Below are positions 54,467 to 63,998 of a stretch of DNA of 64,000 nt, piece by piece. How positions within the stretch are numbered: the stretch's first letter is position 1; every line of letters begins with the position of its first letter. The stretch is from a virus. Under the pieces are notes generated by a model, which had not been told where the DNA came from, did not search any database, and saw only the letters and a program-made list of their open reading frames with translations. The stretch lies in the IMG/VR virus record IMGVR_UViG_3300027973_000003, positions 2,665 through 66,664 of that record. The stretch is one strand, 5' to 3'. The position numbers and the translations under genes are program-made.

Positions 54467-56853
54467 TATCTACGTCCATCTGGGCGAATATCAATACGTG
54501 GGCTACCCAACTGCCATGCCACCCCAAGAGTATTTGACTCAATACGGAATGCCATTTGACGCCCACGAAGGCGGGTATAGACCTGACCATCAAACTCTTG
54601 GACGGTGTATTGCGGAACAGTAGTGTAGTTTTGTGCACTAGCTATTTGTGGGTTATCAGCAGTTCCGTAAGGAGTACCAGAGTTTTGGCGTGGTTTAACC
54701 GTCATTGTGACTGAAGGCTGGTTAACAGTAGACCCGTTAAAATTAACGTCAGGAAGTATTCTCCAGACAAAACCAAAGTTATGACCATCACCAATATCAA
54801 AATCAGAACTTTGTACGTAGGCATCTATAGGTTGTGGGCTTGATGTAGCTTGGTCATCCGTACCATTTTCATGGTAAAGCAAACGTCCATTATAGTCTGC
54901 AGCAATAGGGTAGGGCTGTGTACCAGACTGAATCCAAGCAGAACGGTTTAAATTGCCGTAGTACCAAACTCGGTCAAGATAGTTGTAAATGACGTATTTA
55001 TCAACAACAGTATTGCTACTAGACTGGCTAACGTAATACCACCATACCTCGTTATACGCTTCGTTAGAACCTGCAAACACTTGATATGCTTGGTCGTTGT
55101 TAATATCAGTAAAAATGTATTGGCGTAAGGAGCAAGGAAGAACCTCAACTCGGCCTGAATACATGTAGAAACGGTCACGACCCATCCAGTAAGTTACGTT
55201 ATTAACCGTAATCATGGAATTAGGGGATATAACAGATATGTTATCCATTAGCACTTGGAAACCCCATACATAAGGAGAACCTAGGTACTGCTGAGAATAC
55301 AAGCAAGAGTCAGTCCAAACCAGAATCTCTTGGCGGGTAGTACGTGCCGCCATAATATAAGAGCCATTAGTTAGTGTGAACTCACCTGACTGGTTAGTAA
55401 CTTGAGGTATCCATTGGTATGCGTTAGCTTGATCTGACCAGCGAACAAGCATTGGGTTAAATGTAGTAGAAGGGGTTCCAGGCACATAAGGGTTTGCACC
55501 GTAAGCTATTACAAACTCTTGGATTGAAGAAGCTACTACTTGATAGGTAGCGGTAGGAACAAAAGCCCCTGCATAAGTAAACGAGTAATTACCAGCACTA
55601 GAACCAGTAGTAGTTGTAGTAATTGGTACTGTAGTAGCCCCAGTAATATAGTTTGCTGCCACCCTAGTACCCGCTGGTAGATTAGTACCAGATATATACA
55701 TGTAAGGGTAAATATAAGGTGCATTAGCAGCAGTTACTGTAATGCTAGTTGCAGAGCCAGCAAATGTAGACGCATCAGTAAATATAGTTGTTGTATCGGC
55801 TAAAGAACTTAAATATTTGGCACGAGTGCTTACGCCACCAGAGTTTTGCCAGTAGAAAATAGGACCACCACGAGGTGCAATAACAAGGTCAGCACCAAAG
55901 TTATCGTTAGACCATAGGCGCAACTGCTGACCAATACCAGAAGAATAACCAAGACCCCAGCCTTGTGAGCCTGATTGTTCGGTAACTACTACGGCAGAAC
56001 CTCCGCCTGTTGCAGTTGAAGTAGCTGCTTTAGCTAATGTAATTTGGTAAGTATTAGTAGTTACTGCAGAAATAACATAGGTAGTATTAAGTACATCAGC
56101 TGGGATACCAGCAAAAGTAGTAGCCCCACTAAAGGCAACATAAGTGCCGTTAGACATACCATGAGCATTTTGTGTAACAGTAACTGTAGTAGTGCTATTA
56201 GCTGAAAATGGGTTAGCCCCTAAGTTAACTAAGACAGGGGTAGGCACACCACTCCAAGGACCCGCACCCCAGCCAGTACCAATAGAATAGACGTTCAAAC
56301 CTATTGGATATTCGTATTCGGTAGTTACCGTACCGCCACCAGTTGCGCTTGAAGAAGCATTAGCAAGTGTTTGGATTGTGTAGGTTGTACCACTTAAAAT
56401 AGCAGTAACAACATATTCTCCGTTAATCAATAACCCACCAACAACAGAAGCACCAGAAAAATCAACGTGGTCGCCAACTGCAGGGTTATATGATGCGTCA
56501 GTTACTGTAACGGTCTTAGACCCAGAAACTGTAGTAAATGGGTTTGTAAGGGTATTAGTTCTTACTATGGGGGTAACGTCGTTATATACACCGCCAAAAT
56601 AAATATAGTATTGGGTATTTGTACCTACTCCAATATAAGCATTACCAACACCAGCATCGCCAGATGACCATACCCAAATAGATCTAGCAACACCGTCATA
56701 GGTATTATTTGATACTTGAGTCCAACCACCAATTTTTTCTGGGAAGCCAGAACGAAAACGAATTTTATCCCCGTCATACCAACCGCCTTCGTTGGCGTAA
56801 TCAGTACCTTCTCGGTTTAATCCAGGTCGAAATTGTAGTTTTTGTAATGGCAT
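54466..56853 (-). CDS. tail tubular B / packaged-DNA stabilisation (nozzle) protein
   Basis: MPLQKLQFRPG...KIRFRSGFPEKIGGW; VRWSDQ beta-propeller repeats; RIDIRPDGRR end. Confidence 0.75.
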   Translation of the reverse strand: MPLQKLQFRPGLNREGTDYANEGGWYDGDKIRFRSGFPEKIGGWTQVSNNTYDGVARSIWVWSSGDAGVGNAYIGVGTNTQYYIYFGGVYNDVTPIVRTNTLTNPFTTVSGSKTVTVTDASYNPAVGDHVDFSGASVVGGLLINGEYVVTAILSGTTYTIQTLANASSSATGGGTVTTEYEYPIGLNVYSIGTGWGAGPWSGVPTPVLVNLGANPFSANSTTTVTVTQNAHGMSNGTYVAFSGATTFAGIPADVLNTTYVISAVTTNTYQITLAKAATSTATGGGSAVVVTEQSGSQGWGLGYSSGIGQQLRLWSNDNFGADLVIAPRGGPIFYWQNSGGVSTRAKYLSSLADTTTIFTDASTFAGSATSITVTAANAPYIYPYMYISGTNLPAGTRVAANYITGATTVPITTTTTGSSAGNYSFTYAGAFVPTATYQVVASSIQEFVIAYGANPYVPGTPSTTFNPMLVRWSDQANAYQWIPQVTNQSGEFTLTNGSYIMAARTTRQEILVWTDSCLYSQQYLGSPYVWGFQVLMDNISVISPNSMITVNNVTYWMGRDRFYMYSGRVEVLPCSLRQYIFTDINNDQAYQVFAGSNEAYNEVWWYYVSQSSSNTVVDKYVIYNYLDRVWYYGNLNRSAWIQSGTQPYPIAADYNGRLLYHENGTDDQATSSPQPIDAYVQSSDFDIGDGHNFGFVWRILPDVNFNGSTVNQPSVTMTVKPRQNSGTPYGTADNPQIASAQNYTTVPQYTVQEFDGQVYTRLRGRQMAFRIESNTLGVAWQLGSPRIDIRPDGRR

Positions 56854-56859
56854 ACGGGA

Positions 56860-57447
56860 TTACCCTAATACAGATAGTGCTTTCGCAATTTTGGCTTTGC
56901 GGTCATCTAAACCTATCAAGCCACCATTAATACGTTTTGTCATTGTCTCAATATCTGAAGCATCTGCCAAGCTATTTAAGCCTTTCTTATTCCAAAACCA
57001 GCCAGCACTTAAAGCCGCATATTTAGGATCAAGTAGCCAATCAGGATTCCCAATAAGATCCACACCCAAACCAGATCCGCAGTTTGCATAGTTTTCCTTG
57101 CCAGTTAGCTGGATAAGACCCCTTCCTAAATACTTAGAAGCCTCTTCTTCGCTGGTGTTACCTAGCCTTCCGTTATAAACTTTGCCAGCAATCTTAGCTG
57201 GTTGGCGGGCGTATTGGTCTGCAATTTCTTTAGTAGGGAAACGGCTAGGCCAAGTCTTCATTAAACCTTCAGCGCTATAGTTTAAGTTTTCTTGCAAAGT
57301 CTTGAAATTACCAGACTCATGAGCACACTGACCAATAAACGCTGCTTGACGCTGTGGTGTAGAGATATCATATTTAGCAAAAGCTTCTTCTAGCGGGGCA
57401 AGCCATTTGTGGTCAATACCCAATTTGTCTAGTTGGTCATACGTCAT
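56860..57447 (-). CDS. endolysin, glycoside hydrolase family 19
   Basis: AAFIGQCAHESG...ENLNYS...GRGLIQLTGKENY...TKRINGG. Confidence 0.9.
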   Translation of the reverse strand: MTYDQLDKLGIDHKWLAPLEEAFAKYDISTPQRQAAFIGQCAHESGNFKTLQENLNYSAEGLMKTWPSRFPTKEIADQYARQPAKIAGKVYNGRLGNTSEEEASKYLGRGLIQLTGKENYANCGSGLGVDLIGNPDWLLDPKYAALSAGWFWNKKGLNSLADASDIETMTKRINGGLIGLDDRKAKIAKALSVLG

Positions 57448-57652
57448 CTTTGTCTGATCCTATTTTAATGCCTGTAATAAGCCCTATAAAACCACCTACA
57501 ATTGTTTGAAATGCTGGACCAATAATGGCAAATACTTTGTCTGTATCAAAATTAGGGTCTACTACAGCATAGGCAAACATTAAAAGCATAGCTACAACAA
57601 TAGCTACTAAAGACCAAGCTGCAATAACTAAGATGTGTTCTCTATGATTCAT
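57437..57652 (-). CDS. two-TM membrane protein (lysis accessory)
   Basis: two hydrophobic helices, located between holin and lysin. Confidence 0.55.
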   Translation of the reverse strand: MNHREHILVIAAWSLVAIVVAMLLMFAYAVVDPNFDTDKVFAIIGPAFQTIVGGFIGLITGIKIGSDKDDV

Positions 57653-58049
57653 TTTTTTTGCTCTTCATATCCATAATCTTCTCAAGGGTGCGTCCACCAA
57701 AGTAAAAGGACATAATTAACATACCCCATTGACCTAGCAATTCTACGTAAGTTTTGTTAGTATCTAGGTCAAATGCTGACATCATGGCAAACACAAAATA
57801 ACCTACAAGGATAGCAATCAATGTCATGGGACGAATGTTTTTCGACAGCCAACTATCTGATAACATATCTGCTTCTTGTCGCTTGGTCAGTTCTTGAGCT
57901 TCTGCCGTATCTGCTGCTAACTCTGCTAACCTTCCTTGTTGTTGTAGCTCTACCAACTTGGCTTGTGCTTCGGCTTTGGCGGCTGGGTCGGGAATAACCT
58001 TATCCAGAATTTTCATTCCTACACTAATAATATCGTCAATACCAAACAT
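57642..58049 (-). CDS. holin (3TM / GTA-holin type)
   Basis: LDKVIPDP...SDSWLSKNIRP...FYFGGRTLEK. Confidence 0.8.
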   Translation of the reverse strand: MFGIDDIISVGMKILDKVIPDPAAKAEAQAKLVELQQQGRLAELAADTAEAQELTKRQEADMLSDSWLSKNIRPMTLIAILVGYFVFAMMSAFDLDTNKTYVELLGQWGMLIMSFYFGGRTLEKIMDMKSKKNES

Positions 58050-58498
58050 TATTTAATCCCCCAAGTTAAATACCACGCTATAACTGCTGCAGCTGCAAAG
58101 CAATAAAACTGCACTCTGCGTACAGCTTTTAGGTCATGCTGATATTCTTCGTTGTCTTTGCGTTGCATATTCTCAATATCCATTTTAATTTTTAAAACTG
58201 CTTCCCATTCTTTAGCACCGTACTTCTTTACAAAATCAATCTTAAGTTTTGCCTCCTCATCGGAGATTTGCTTCTTATGCTTCCAAGATTCAAGCGCTTT
58301 AATTAACGCCCGCTCTTTTTTAAATTCTGCTTCTCGTCTTGCCCTAATACGTTCGTTAGCTTGCTTTTGGGCTACGTCTGTTGCATCGTGTTGTACATTT
58401 TCAATACTTTTAGACAGCCCTTTAGAGGCTTCTCGACTTGCATCAAGACTCCCGCTAAGAGTTTTCACTCCTTCCGTTAAACCAAAAGGGTCTACCAT
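58049..58498 (-). CDS. coiled-coil protein with C-terminal TM
   Basis: 149 aa, C-terminal FYCFAAAAVIAWYLTW. Confidence 0.6.
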   Translation of the reverse strand: MVDPFGLTEGVKTLSGSLDASREASKGLSKSIENVQHDATDVAQKQANERIRARREAEFKKERALIKALESWKHKKQISDEEAKLKIDFVKKYGAKEWEAVLKIKMDIENMQRKDNEEYQHDLKAVRRVQFYCFAAAAVIAWYLTWGIK

Positions 58499-58506
58499 AA
58501 TTCATT

Positions 58507-59301
58507 TTATGCACCGTTATTCTCATGTTTTGGCTTAGTGACAAAGCTTTGCCTAACGGCTTCAAACCTTTCATATTCTTCTGGACTAATAACAGCAGCA
58601 TCAATGTTCTGCCTCATCATTTTTGCATGATCTTCAAGTTCTTGTATATTGCCCTTATAGCTAAATTCCTTAGTAATTCCCTTGGTATCGTAAAAATCAC
58701 AAATAAGGTGGTAGCGGTCTTCAGTAGAGTCATTACGAATCTGATGCCAGTTATTTACCCATACCCCATAGGCTTTACCCGCTTCCATATGCAAAGTAAC
58801 ACCCTCAGAAATAAACACGCATTTCTTATTAGTAATCAATGGGATATGAAACCTAGCCATATATTCGTTGCCATCAGCATCTCTGTGTACTAATGATTTA
58901 GCACCAGCCTTTAAACATGTAACACGCACCCGCCTTGGGTACATACCAGCATCTTCTAACTGCCCAACAATAGACGCAAGTTCTCCCTTACACGCTTGGG
59001 TAGGGTTTTTATGTTCCATAGAATGTGCGATATCAAAGAACTTAAGCGACTTATAGTTGTTGTCATTTTTAGGGAAGTAGACTTCCATCGCCTCTCCCTC
59101 ATCGTTCTGGAAAAAATCCCAACCATCTCGCCAATCACCAGTACGGGAAGTAATAGACCAACCACCAAAGCCATGGTAAGCCACTGTCTCATACTCTTCT
59201 CCTTGGATAACTTGTGCACCTAACGGAAACACAAAATGCTTTACGTCCTCCACCAATTTGGCGTGGTCAAACTTAATAAAGTCAAACTCTTCGTAAAACA
59301 T
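58507..59301 (-). CDS. aspartyl/asparaginyl beta-hydroxylase-like 2OG-Fe(II) oxygenase
   Basis: RVRVTCL...HRD...RFHIPLITN...HQIRN....RYHLI. Confidence 0.8.
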   Translation of the reverse strand: MFYEEFDFIKFDHAKLVEDVKHFVFPLGAQVIQGEEYETVAYHGFGGWSITSRTGDWRDGWDFFQNDEGEAMEVYFPKNDNNYKSLKFFDIAHSMEHKNPTQACKGELASIVGQLEDAGMYPRRVRVTCLKAGAKSLVHRDADGNEYMARFHIPLITNKKCVFISEGVTLHMEAGKAYGVWVNNWHQIRNDSTEDRYHLICDFYDTKGITKEFSYKGNIQELEDHAKMMRQNIDAAVISPEEYERFEAVRQSFVTKPKHENNGA

Positions 59302-59837
59302 TAAACGTTCCCCGTTTCTACTAGCATATGTAACACATCATAAAAACCATGCTTATCTGTACCTAGGCATAGCAACGTACGCTCCCCACTACCTTGTACA
59401 TCATGTACATGGTCTATACCTAGAAGATACGCATCCCCAGGCTTAGCAACAAAAGACCCACGGTTAGCTAGTTCGTCTTGTGAAAAGATGTACCCGTTAG
59501 TCTGGTTTTCTATCTGACGCTTAACTGCCTTTGGTTCTGGGGTATAAAACGTAGTTACATAATTACCAGGTTCTATATAAAAATTAATTGAAGTCTTAAC
59601 TTCGCTGTCAGTATGCGGAGGAACCGCACCATTAATCTTTAGCAGTGATAAATGAAAGTCATTACGGTAACGCAAGGGGATAGTAAACCAGACGCCTCCC
59701 CCTGCTAGCTCAGCATCGTAGTACGTTATGACATCGCCGTAGGAGATTTGTTTTCCCCCTTGGGCGTAATCAAGATTGCTGAACTGTTTCTTGAGTATTC
59801 TGAACACGGCTTTCTTTCCATATTTTGTACTCAGCAA
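59301..59837 (-). CDS. cupin / 2OG-Fe(II) oxygenase-like protein
   Basis: PPHTD...SINFYI...HDV....R (HxD...H...R triad). Confidence 0.6.
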   Translation of the reverse strand: MLSTKYGKKAVFRILKKQFSNLDYAQGGKQISYGDVITYYDAELAGGGVWFTIPLRYRNDFHLSLLKINGAVPPHTDSEVKTSINFYIEPGNYVTTFYTPEPKAVKRQIENQTNGYIFSQDELANRGSFVAKPGDAYLLGIDHVHDVQGSGERTLLCLGTDKHGFYDVLHMLVETGNV

Positions 59838-60159
59838 TAATTGGACAGCTATATTCCCAGTTAATACCAGTATGCGGGTTCTTATTAGCAGCTGCCCAGT
59901 GCTTGTCCTGTATGTACTCTAAGATTGGAATACCGTCATGGAAAATCTTTTCTAGGATGTCAGCATAGTCATTTAGCATCTGGAACATGCGTTCTTTATC
60001 CTGACCTTCAAGCCTAAGAATGTCTTTGTTCATCTGGTTATCAAAGTAATGAACAACCAATTCACGATACTTTTCTACTTCTTCTGGCGACACATTTGCA
60101 TAAACCGTTGGTGTTGGAAGCGGTTCTTCAACGTAGGGTTGATTTAAATTTTCATCCAT
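59770..60159 (-). CDS. hypothetical protein
   Basis: AAGGAG RBS; overlaps both neighbours in the cassette. Confidence 0.55.
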   Translation of the reverse strand: MDENLNQPYVEEPLPTPTVYANVSPEEVEKYRELVVHYFDNQMNKDILRLEGQDKERMFQMLNDYADILEKIFHDGIPILEYIQDKHWAAANKNPHTGINWEYSCPIIAEYKIWKESRVQNTQETVQQS

Positions 60160-61016
60160 TTTTTCACTCCTTCAATACTAAATTTATTAACAGAAACAAT
60201 TGCAGAAGCAGTCCAATGGCTCATCCAAAATAACGCCCACATACCCCATAAAGTCAAGATACGGTGTCCACGGCGATGTGGAATGTAATCAATAAGGCGA
60301 CTAATAGGTTTACCAATAGCCATAAGAACTCGACCACGCAGATTGTCTTGAGGGCGAGCACCCATTAAATACGCCATATGCTCTGACCAAGGAATGCCAA
60401 TACGTAAGGCCATAGCAGTAATAGCTTCTTTTTGTGCCATAGCACGTTGCTCTTTAGGTAGCCATAGGAAGCAATCTGGTCCTTTGCCATCCATCCAAGC
60501 AGTCACGGTTCTAGCCCAGCGAATATACCCACGATACACACGACGGTCATTTTGACGCAACCACTTGCCATACTTCTGGTCAGCTACCCAAACATTAGGG
60601 TCCATATAGCCAAACTCATAGAGCTTAGCGCAGATAATCTTAGAGCAGTTGCAAGCGCAGTTACAGTTATAAGAAACTGGGGAAATACTGCAGTTGTAAG
60701 TACAGGCGCAGTTAGTGCCGTCTTGTAGATAGGCTTGTGGTTGGCAGTTAGCACAGTTAATAGCTGAACAGTTTGTACAGTTAGTGCATTGAATGTTGCC
60801 GCAGTTACAGTTATAGGCGCAGTTACCGTTATTGCAATTACCTTGCGTAGTATTCTGAAAATACGATTTGCTATAGAACGCACCCATATTAGGCGAGCTA
60901 GCTGGTGTTAAAAGCAACCCATTTAGAAAAGACAAGTCGTCAGTAAAGGTGGCGGACTGCCCAATCTCTACGCTAACCGCGCCAATACTTATTGGACCTG
61001 ATGCTGGTAATGTCAT
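60144..61016 (-). CDS. fibre-tip adhesin-like protein with Asn-Cys repeat region and KIIC C-terminal domain
   Basis: MTLPASGPISI...FYSKS N-terminus; 16 Cys in about 65 aa (13 as NC); KIICAKLY...GY..WA domain and hydrophobic tail. Confidence 0.7.
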   Translation of the reverse strand: MTLPASGPISIGAVSVEIGQSATFTDDLSFLNGLLLTPASSPNMGAFYSKSYFQNTTQGNCNNGNCAYNCNCGNIQCTNCTNCSAINCANCQPQAYLQDGTNCACTYNCSISPVSYNCNCACNCSKIICAKLYEFGYMDPNVWVADQKYGKWLRQNDRRVYRGYIRWARTVTAWMDGKGPDCFLWLPKEQRAMAQKEAITAMALRIGIPWSEHMAYLMGARPQDNLRGRVLMAIGKPISRLIDYIPHRRGHRILTLWGMWALFWMSHWTASAIVSVNKFSIEGVKKWMKI

Positions 61017-62443
61017 GCTGCTACCCTCGATTTTCCATAAACTTCAACATTATCAATTTTCTCAACCACTTCACTGACTACCTTAATAGGGATAATCCGT
61101 TTAACTGGTTTCTCTTCGTGTTTTAAAACTGTACCAAAAACGTCTTGCCTTTCAGGAGGCAAACTATCATTCTTTATTAAAGTCGGTATATACCCAGTCA
61201 TTTTATGAATTGACGCAGCAAACAGCGTTACGTTGTCTGAATACGCATTTGCACAGGAGACTTCCCAGAACTTATTATCTAAGAACATACAAGCGCCTTT
61301 GCATAAATGCAGAACTGGACACTTAGGGCAAGCGTCCCGATTAGACCAATGAGTAGAAGTATACAAAGCGACTTTATCGTAGGCATCTAGATTACCCCCT
61401 AAGTGCGATTCACCATTCTTGCTAGTCTCAGCAGCACTGACATTTTGACAAGTAAGCACGTTCCCATTAAGATCAACAGCTAGGGTATGCTCATTATCCA
61501 TGCCACACTTTTGTCCTAAATATTTAGAATTGGACTGAGATAGCACTGCATGGGTAAACCCGTTAATTTTGTCAATGATTGCTTGAAACCCAATATACCC
61601 ATCATTAGCGTAGATTTCTTTAAATGTAGTGCGTCTAAAGTTAAAGTGGTCTTGCAAGGTAGCTAAAGAATTAGTGATGCCGTCTTCATCATAAGCATCA
61701 ACTAGTGTGCCTTCGCCCAGCACAATGTTAGGGTTGCCAGTTAGGTTTATAAACCACTCATGAATAGCTTTGCGGCTCTGATTGTTCTTAGACAGCATGG
61801 AGTTAAAGCTGATACCCTTCTTAAGGCGGGTCATCATACGGTAGAAACCTAGAATAGTTTCTTTCTTTTCTGGGTCATCAAATGGGTCAGGTCCACGCAC
61901 AGACTGCCCAGGACCATCATGGCTAATAGACACCGAGAAGTCCATCATCATAAGCCAATCAATAATTTCCTCAGTCAAAATAGAACCGTTGGTAATCATG
62001 GAAAACTGTGCATATGGCATGCGTTCTCTAAGGGCCTCAGCTAAAGGTTTAAGGGTTTTCCAGTAGACAAGTGGCTCGCCACCCCAAAATTCAATCTTTA
62101 AACCGTGTTCTTCAGAAAATTCTAAAGTGTTTAATTTCTGTAGAAAGGAATCAATATCTTTGTGGGATGTAGATTCTGGGCGCTCAACAAACTTTTGAGA
62201 GCAGTAGTCACAGGTGTAATTGCACCCAAGCCCCATCTGTATCTTTAGAAGCACAATGTGATTGGACTTGTGAAGGGGTTGATACTTACTAAATTTAGTG
62301 GCAAGAGGCTGTTCTTGCTGGGCTTGCATATCAGGAAACTTAAACTCATTCCCGTCCGCATCTTTCAGAACGTTTGTCTCGTTGTCATACAGAAATACTT
62401 TTTTGTCTAGCGCATTTTTTTCTGCGTGTATTTCAAATAGCAA
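61013..62443 (-). CDS. radical SAM/SPASM domain enzyme (peptide/protein maturase-like)
   Basis: CNYTCDYC, FWGGEPL, ITNG, ISHDG; SPASM CG...C...CPKCPVLHLCKGAC...C. Confidence 0.9.
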   Translation of the reverse strand: MLFEIHAEKNALDKKVFLYDNETNVLKDADGNEFKFPDMQAQQEQPLATKFSKYQPLHKSNHIVLLKIQMGLGCNYTCDYCSQKFVERPESTSHKDIDSFLQKLNTLEFSEEHGLKIEFWGGEPLVYWKTLKPLAEALRERMPYAQFSMITNGSILTEEIIDWLMMMDFSVSISHDGPGQSVRGPDPFDDPEKKETILGFYRMMTRLKKGISFNSMLSKNNQSRKAIHEWFINLTGNPNIVLGEGTLVDAYDEDGITNSLATLQDHFNFRRTTFKEIYANDGYIGFQAIIDKINGFTHAVLSQSNSKYLGQKCGMDNEHTLAVDLNGNVLTCQNVSAAETSKNGESHLGGNLDAYDKVALYTSTHWSNRDACPKCPVLHLCKGACMFLDNKFWEVSCANAYSDNVTLFAASIHKMTGYIPTLIKNDSLPPERQDVFGTVLKHEEKPVKRIIPIKVVSEVVEKIDNVEVYGKSRVAA

Positions 62444-62453
62444 GTGATTCTCC

Positions 62454-63272
62454 TTAGATTGAGCCGTAAGCGGTGATGTTACCTGTACATACTAGGTTGC
62501 CAGAAGAATCCAAACGCATCTTGTTTACACCGCCATAACGGAAATAAAGATAGCCACCAGACTCAAGAACTGTATAGTTTGTAGTACCAATTTGGATTGC
62601 ACTTGGTACTGATGTGATGGCGCTAATTTTGTTTGTTACTAAGGCTGTAGAAGCTGCATTGGTTGAGTTATCGCCTGTAGTTACGGTAGGTACAGTAGTT
62701 GTGCCTACGTGGTTAGAAGCACCGTTAAAAGTTGCTGTGCCAGTATGGGTAGTTGTGCTAGCAAATGTTGCAGCACCGTTAAGAGTAGTAACCCCAGAAA
62801 CAGTTAATGCACCTGTGTCGGTAATAGCGCTAGCAGTTAAAGTTCCGTTTACGTTAAAGTTACCAGCAGAACCAGTTTGGGCGGAGAAGAAGTTAGTACC
62901 GTCGCAATAAACCTGACCTACTGTGTTATTAGGAATAGACACAATAGAGCCTGTAGCACCGCCAATAGTGACTGCGTAGCCACCAGAAGTATTGTTGTTA
63001 ACAATATAGAACTTCTTAACTAGGGGGGCTACGATTTGCCATACTGCTGAATTAGTACCAGTAGCCACAATAACCATGCAACGAGCTTCGTCTGACACTC
63101 CATTTAAGCTAGATAGGGTGTAGTTTGAGTTAGCCATGGTAATTGGGGCAACCCCAGTAACGGCTTGTTCAATCAAGTTCCAGTTGGTATTAGTAGTTGA
63201 CCCCCAGATACCTGACTGCTCTCCAGCACCGATCTGTTGAATCTTTAAACTTGTTGTATATGAAGAAGCCAT
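62454..63272 (-). CDS. tail fibre protein
   Basis: MASSYT...GEQSGIWGSTTNTN anchor, DNSTNAASTA, C-terminal LDSSGNLVCTGNITAYG. Confidence 0.75.
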   Translation of the reverse strand: MASSYTTSLKIQQIGAGEQSGIWGSTTNTNWNLIEQAVTGVAPITMANSNYTLSSLNGVSDEARCMVIVATGTNSAVWQIVAPLVKKFYIVNNNTSGGYAVTIGGATGSIVSIPNNTVGQVYCDGTNFFSAQTGSAGNFNVNGTLTASAITDTGALTVSGVTTLNGAATFASTTTHTGTATFNGASNHVGTTTVPTVTTGDNSTNAASTALVTNKISAITSVPSAIQIGTTNYTVLESGGYLYFRYGGVNKMRLDSSGNLVCTGNITAYGSI

Positions 63273-63275
63273 AAT

Positions 63276-63998
63276 CTATCCTTGGTTATTATCTATTGGA
63301 GTCCAAACTGTACCCTGAGTGTTATTTACAGTATTCCAGCTACCGCCTCCAGCATTCTGTATATTATTCCATGTAGTGCTTTGGCTGTCATTAATTAAGA
63401 ACCAGCCACGAATGGTCAGCAACTCAGCCAAAACCATGGTTTCAGCAATCAAACCAATAAAGTCAACTCTTGCCTGTTCGGTATCTAGCAGGGTTAATGC
63501 TTCTTGGACTAAGGTGCTAGTGTCGCGGTTTCCTGTATAAACATCAGTAAATGTAATTAATTCTGCTTGCACTGCAGCAAAATTTACCAAAGCAGCCCAG
63601 ACATCTGAGAATGACATGGACTCAGTATCTAAACCTACAAAGTTAGAGTTAGCTGCATATACATCTGTGAACGTGATGGTCTCGGCTTGGGTAGGTCTAA
63701 ACGCTACTTGGACTGCCTCTACATCGGTTAGGGTAAAGGATTCAGCCAGCGCTCTTGCACCTGTCCAGTTGCCTGTAGCTTGGTCATCTAATGAGAAGTT
63801 CTCAAAAATAAATGGGTAAAAGTTAAACGCTGGGGTATCTTGGGTAGATAACGTAAATGATTCAAAAAGGCTTGGGTTAAATGCCATTGCATTGGCATAC
63901 ACATCCGTCAGGGTCATGGTCTCAGCTATGTCAACTGGGTAAGCAACCCCACCTAATGAAGCAAAAGGCGATTGAGCAAAGGTGCTGATTCCGAACAT
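63276..63998 (-). CDS. tail-associated repeat protein
   Basis: MFGISTFAQSPFASL start; about 19-aa (A)E(T/S)x(T/S)(L/F)TD repeats; W-spaced C-terminal repeats. Confidence 0.65.
   Translation of the reverse strand: MFGISTFAQSPFASLGGVAYPVDIAETMTLTDVYANAMAFNPSLFESFTLSTQDTPAFNFYPFIFENFSLDDQATGNWTGARALAESFTLTDVEAVQVAFRPTQAETITFTDVYAANSNFVGLDTESMSFSDVWAALVNFAAVQAELITFTDVYTGNRDTSTLVQEALTLLDTEQARVDFIGLIAETMVLAELLTIRGWFLINDSQSTTWNNIQNAGGGSWNTVNNTQGTVWTPIDNNQG

Noticed and set aside
61013-62443. QueE, NrdG or MoaA-type auxiliary metabolic radical SAM
   Set aside because: Its length, full SPASM cysteine set and coupling to a Cys-rich ORF fit a maturase. No que, nrdD or moa genes are present.
849-63819. 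Numerous antisense or nested ORFs in the six-frame track (e.g. 6925-7302, 17910-18275, 26882-27451, 27888-28445, 49325-49762)
   Set aside because: They lie opposite or inside well-supported genes, lack RBSs and motifs, and break operon polarity.
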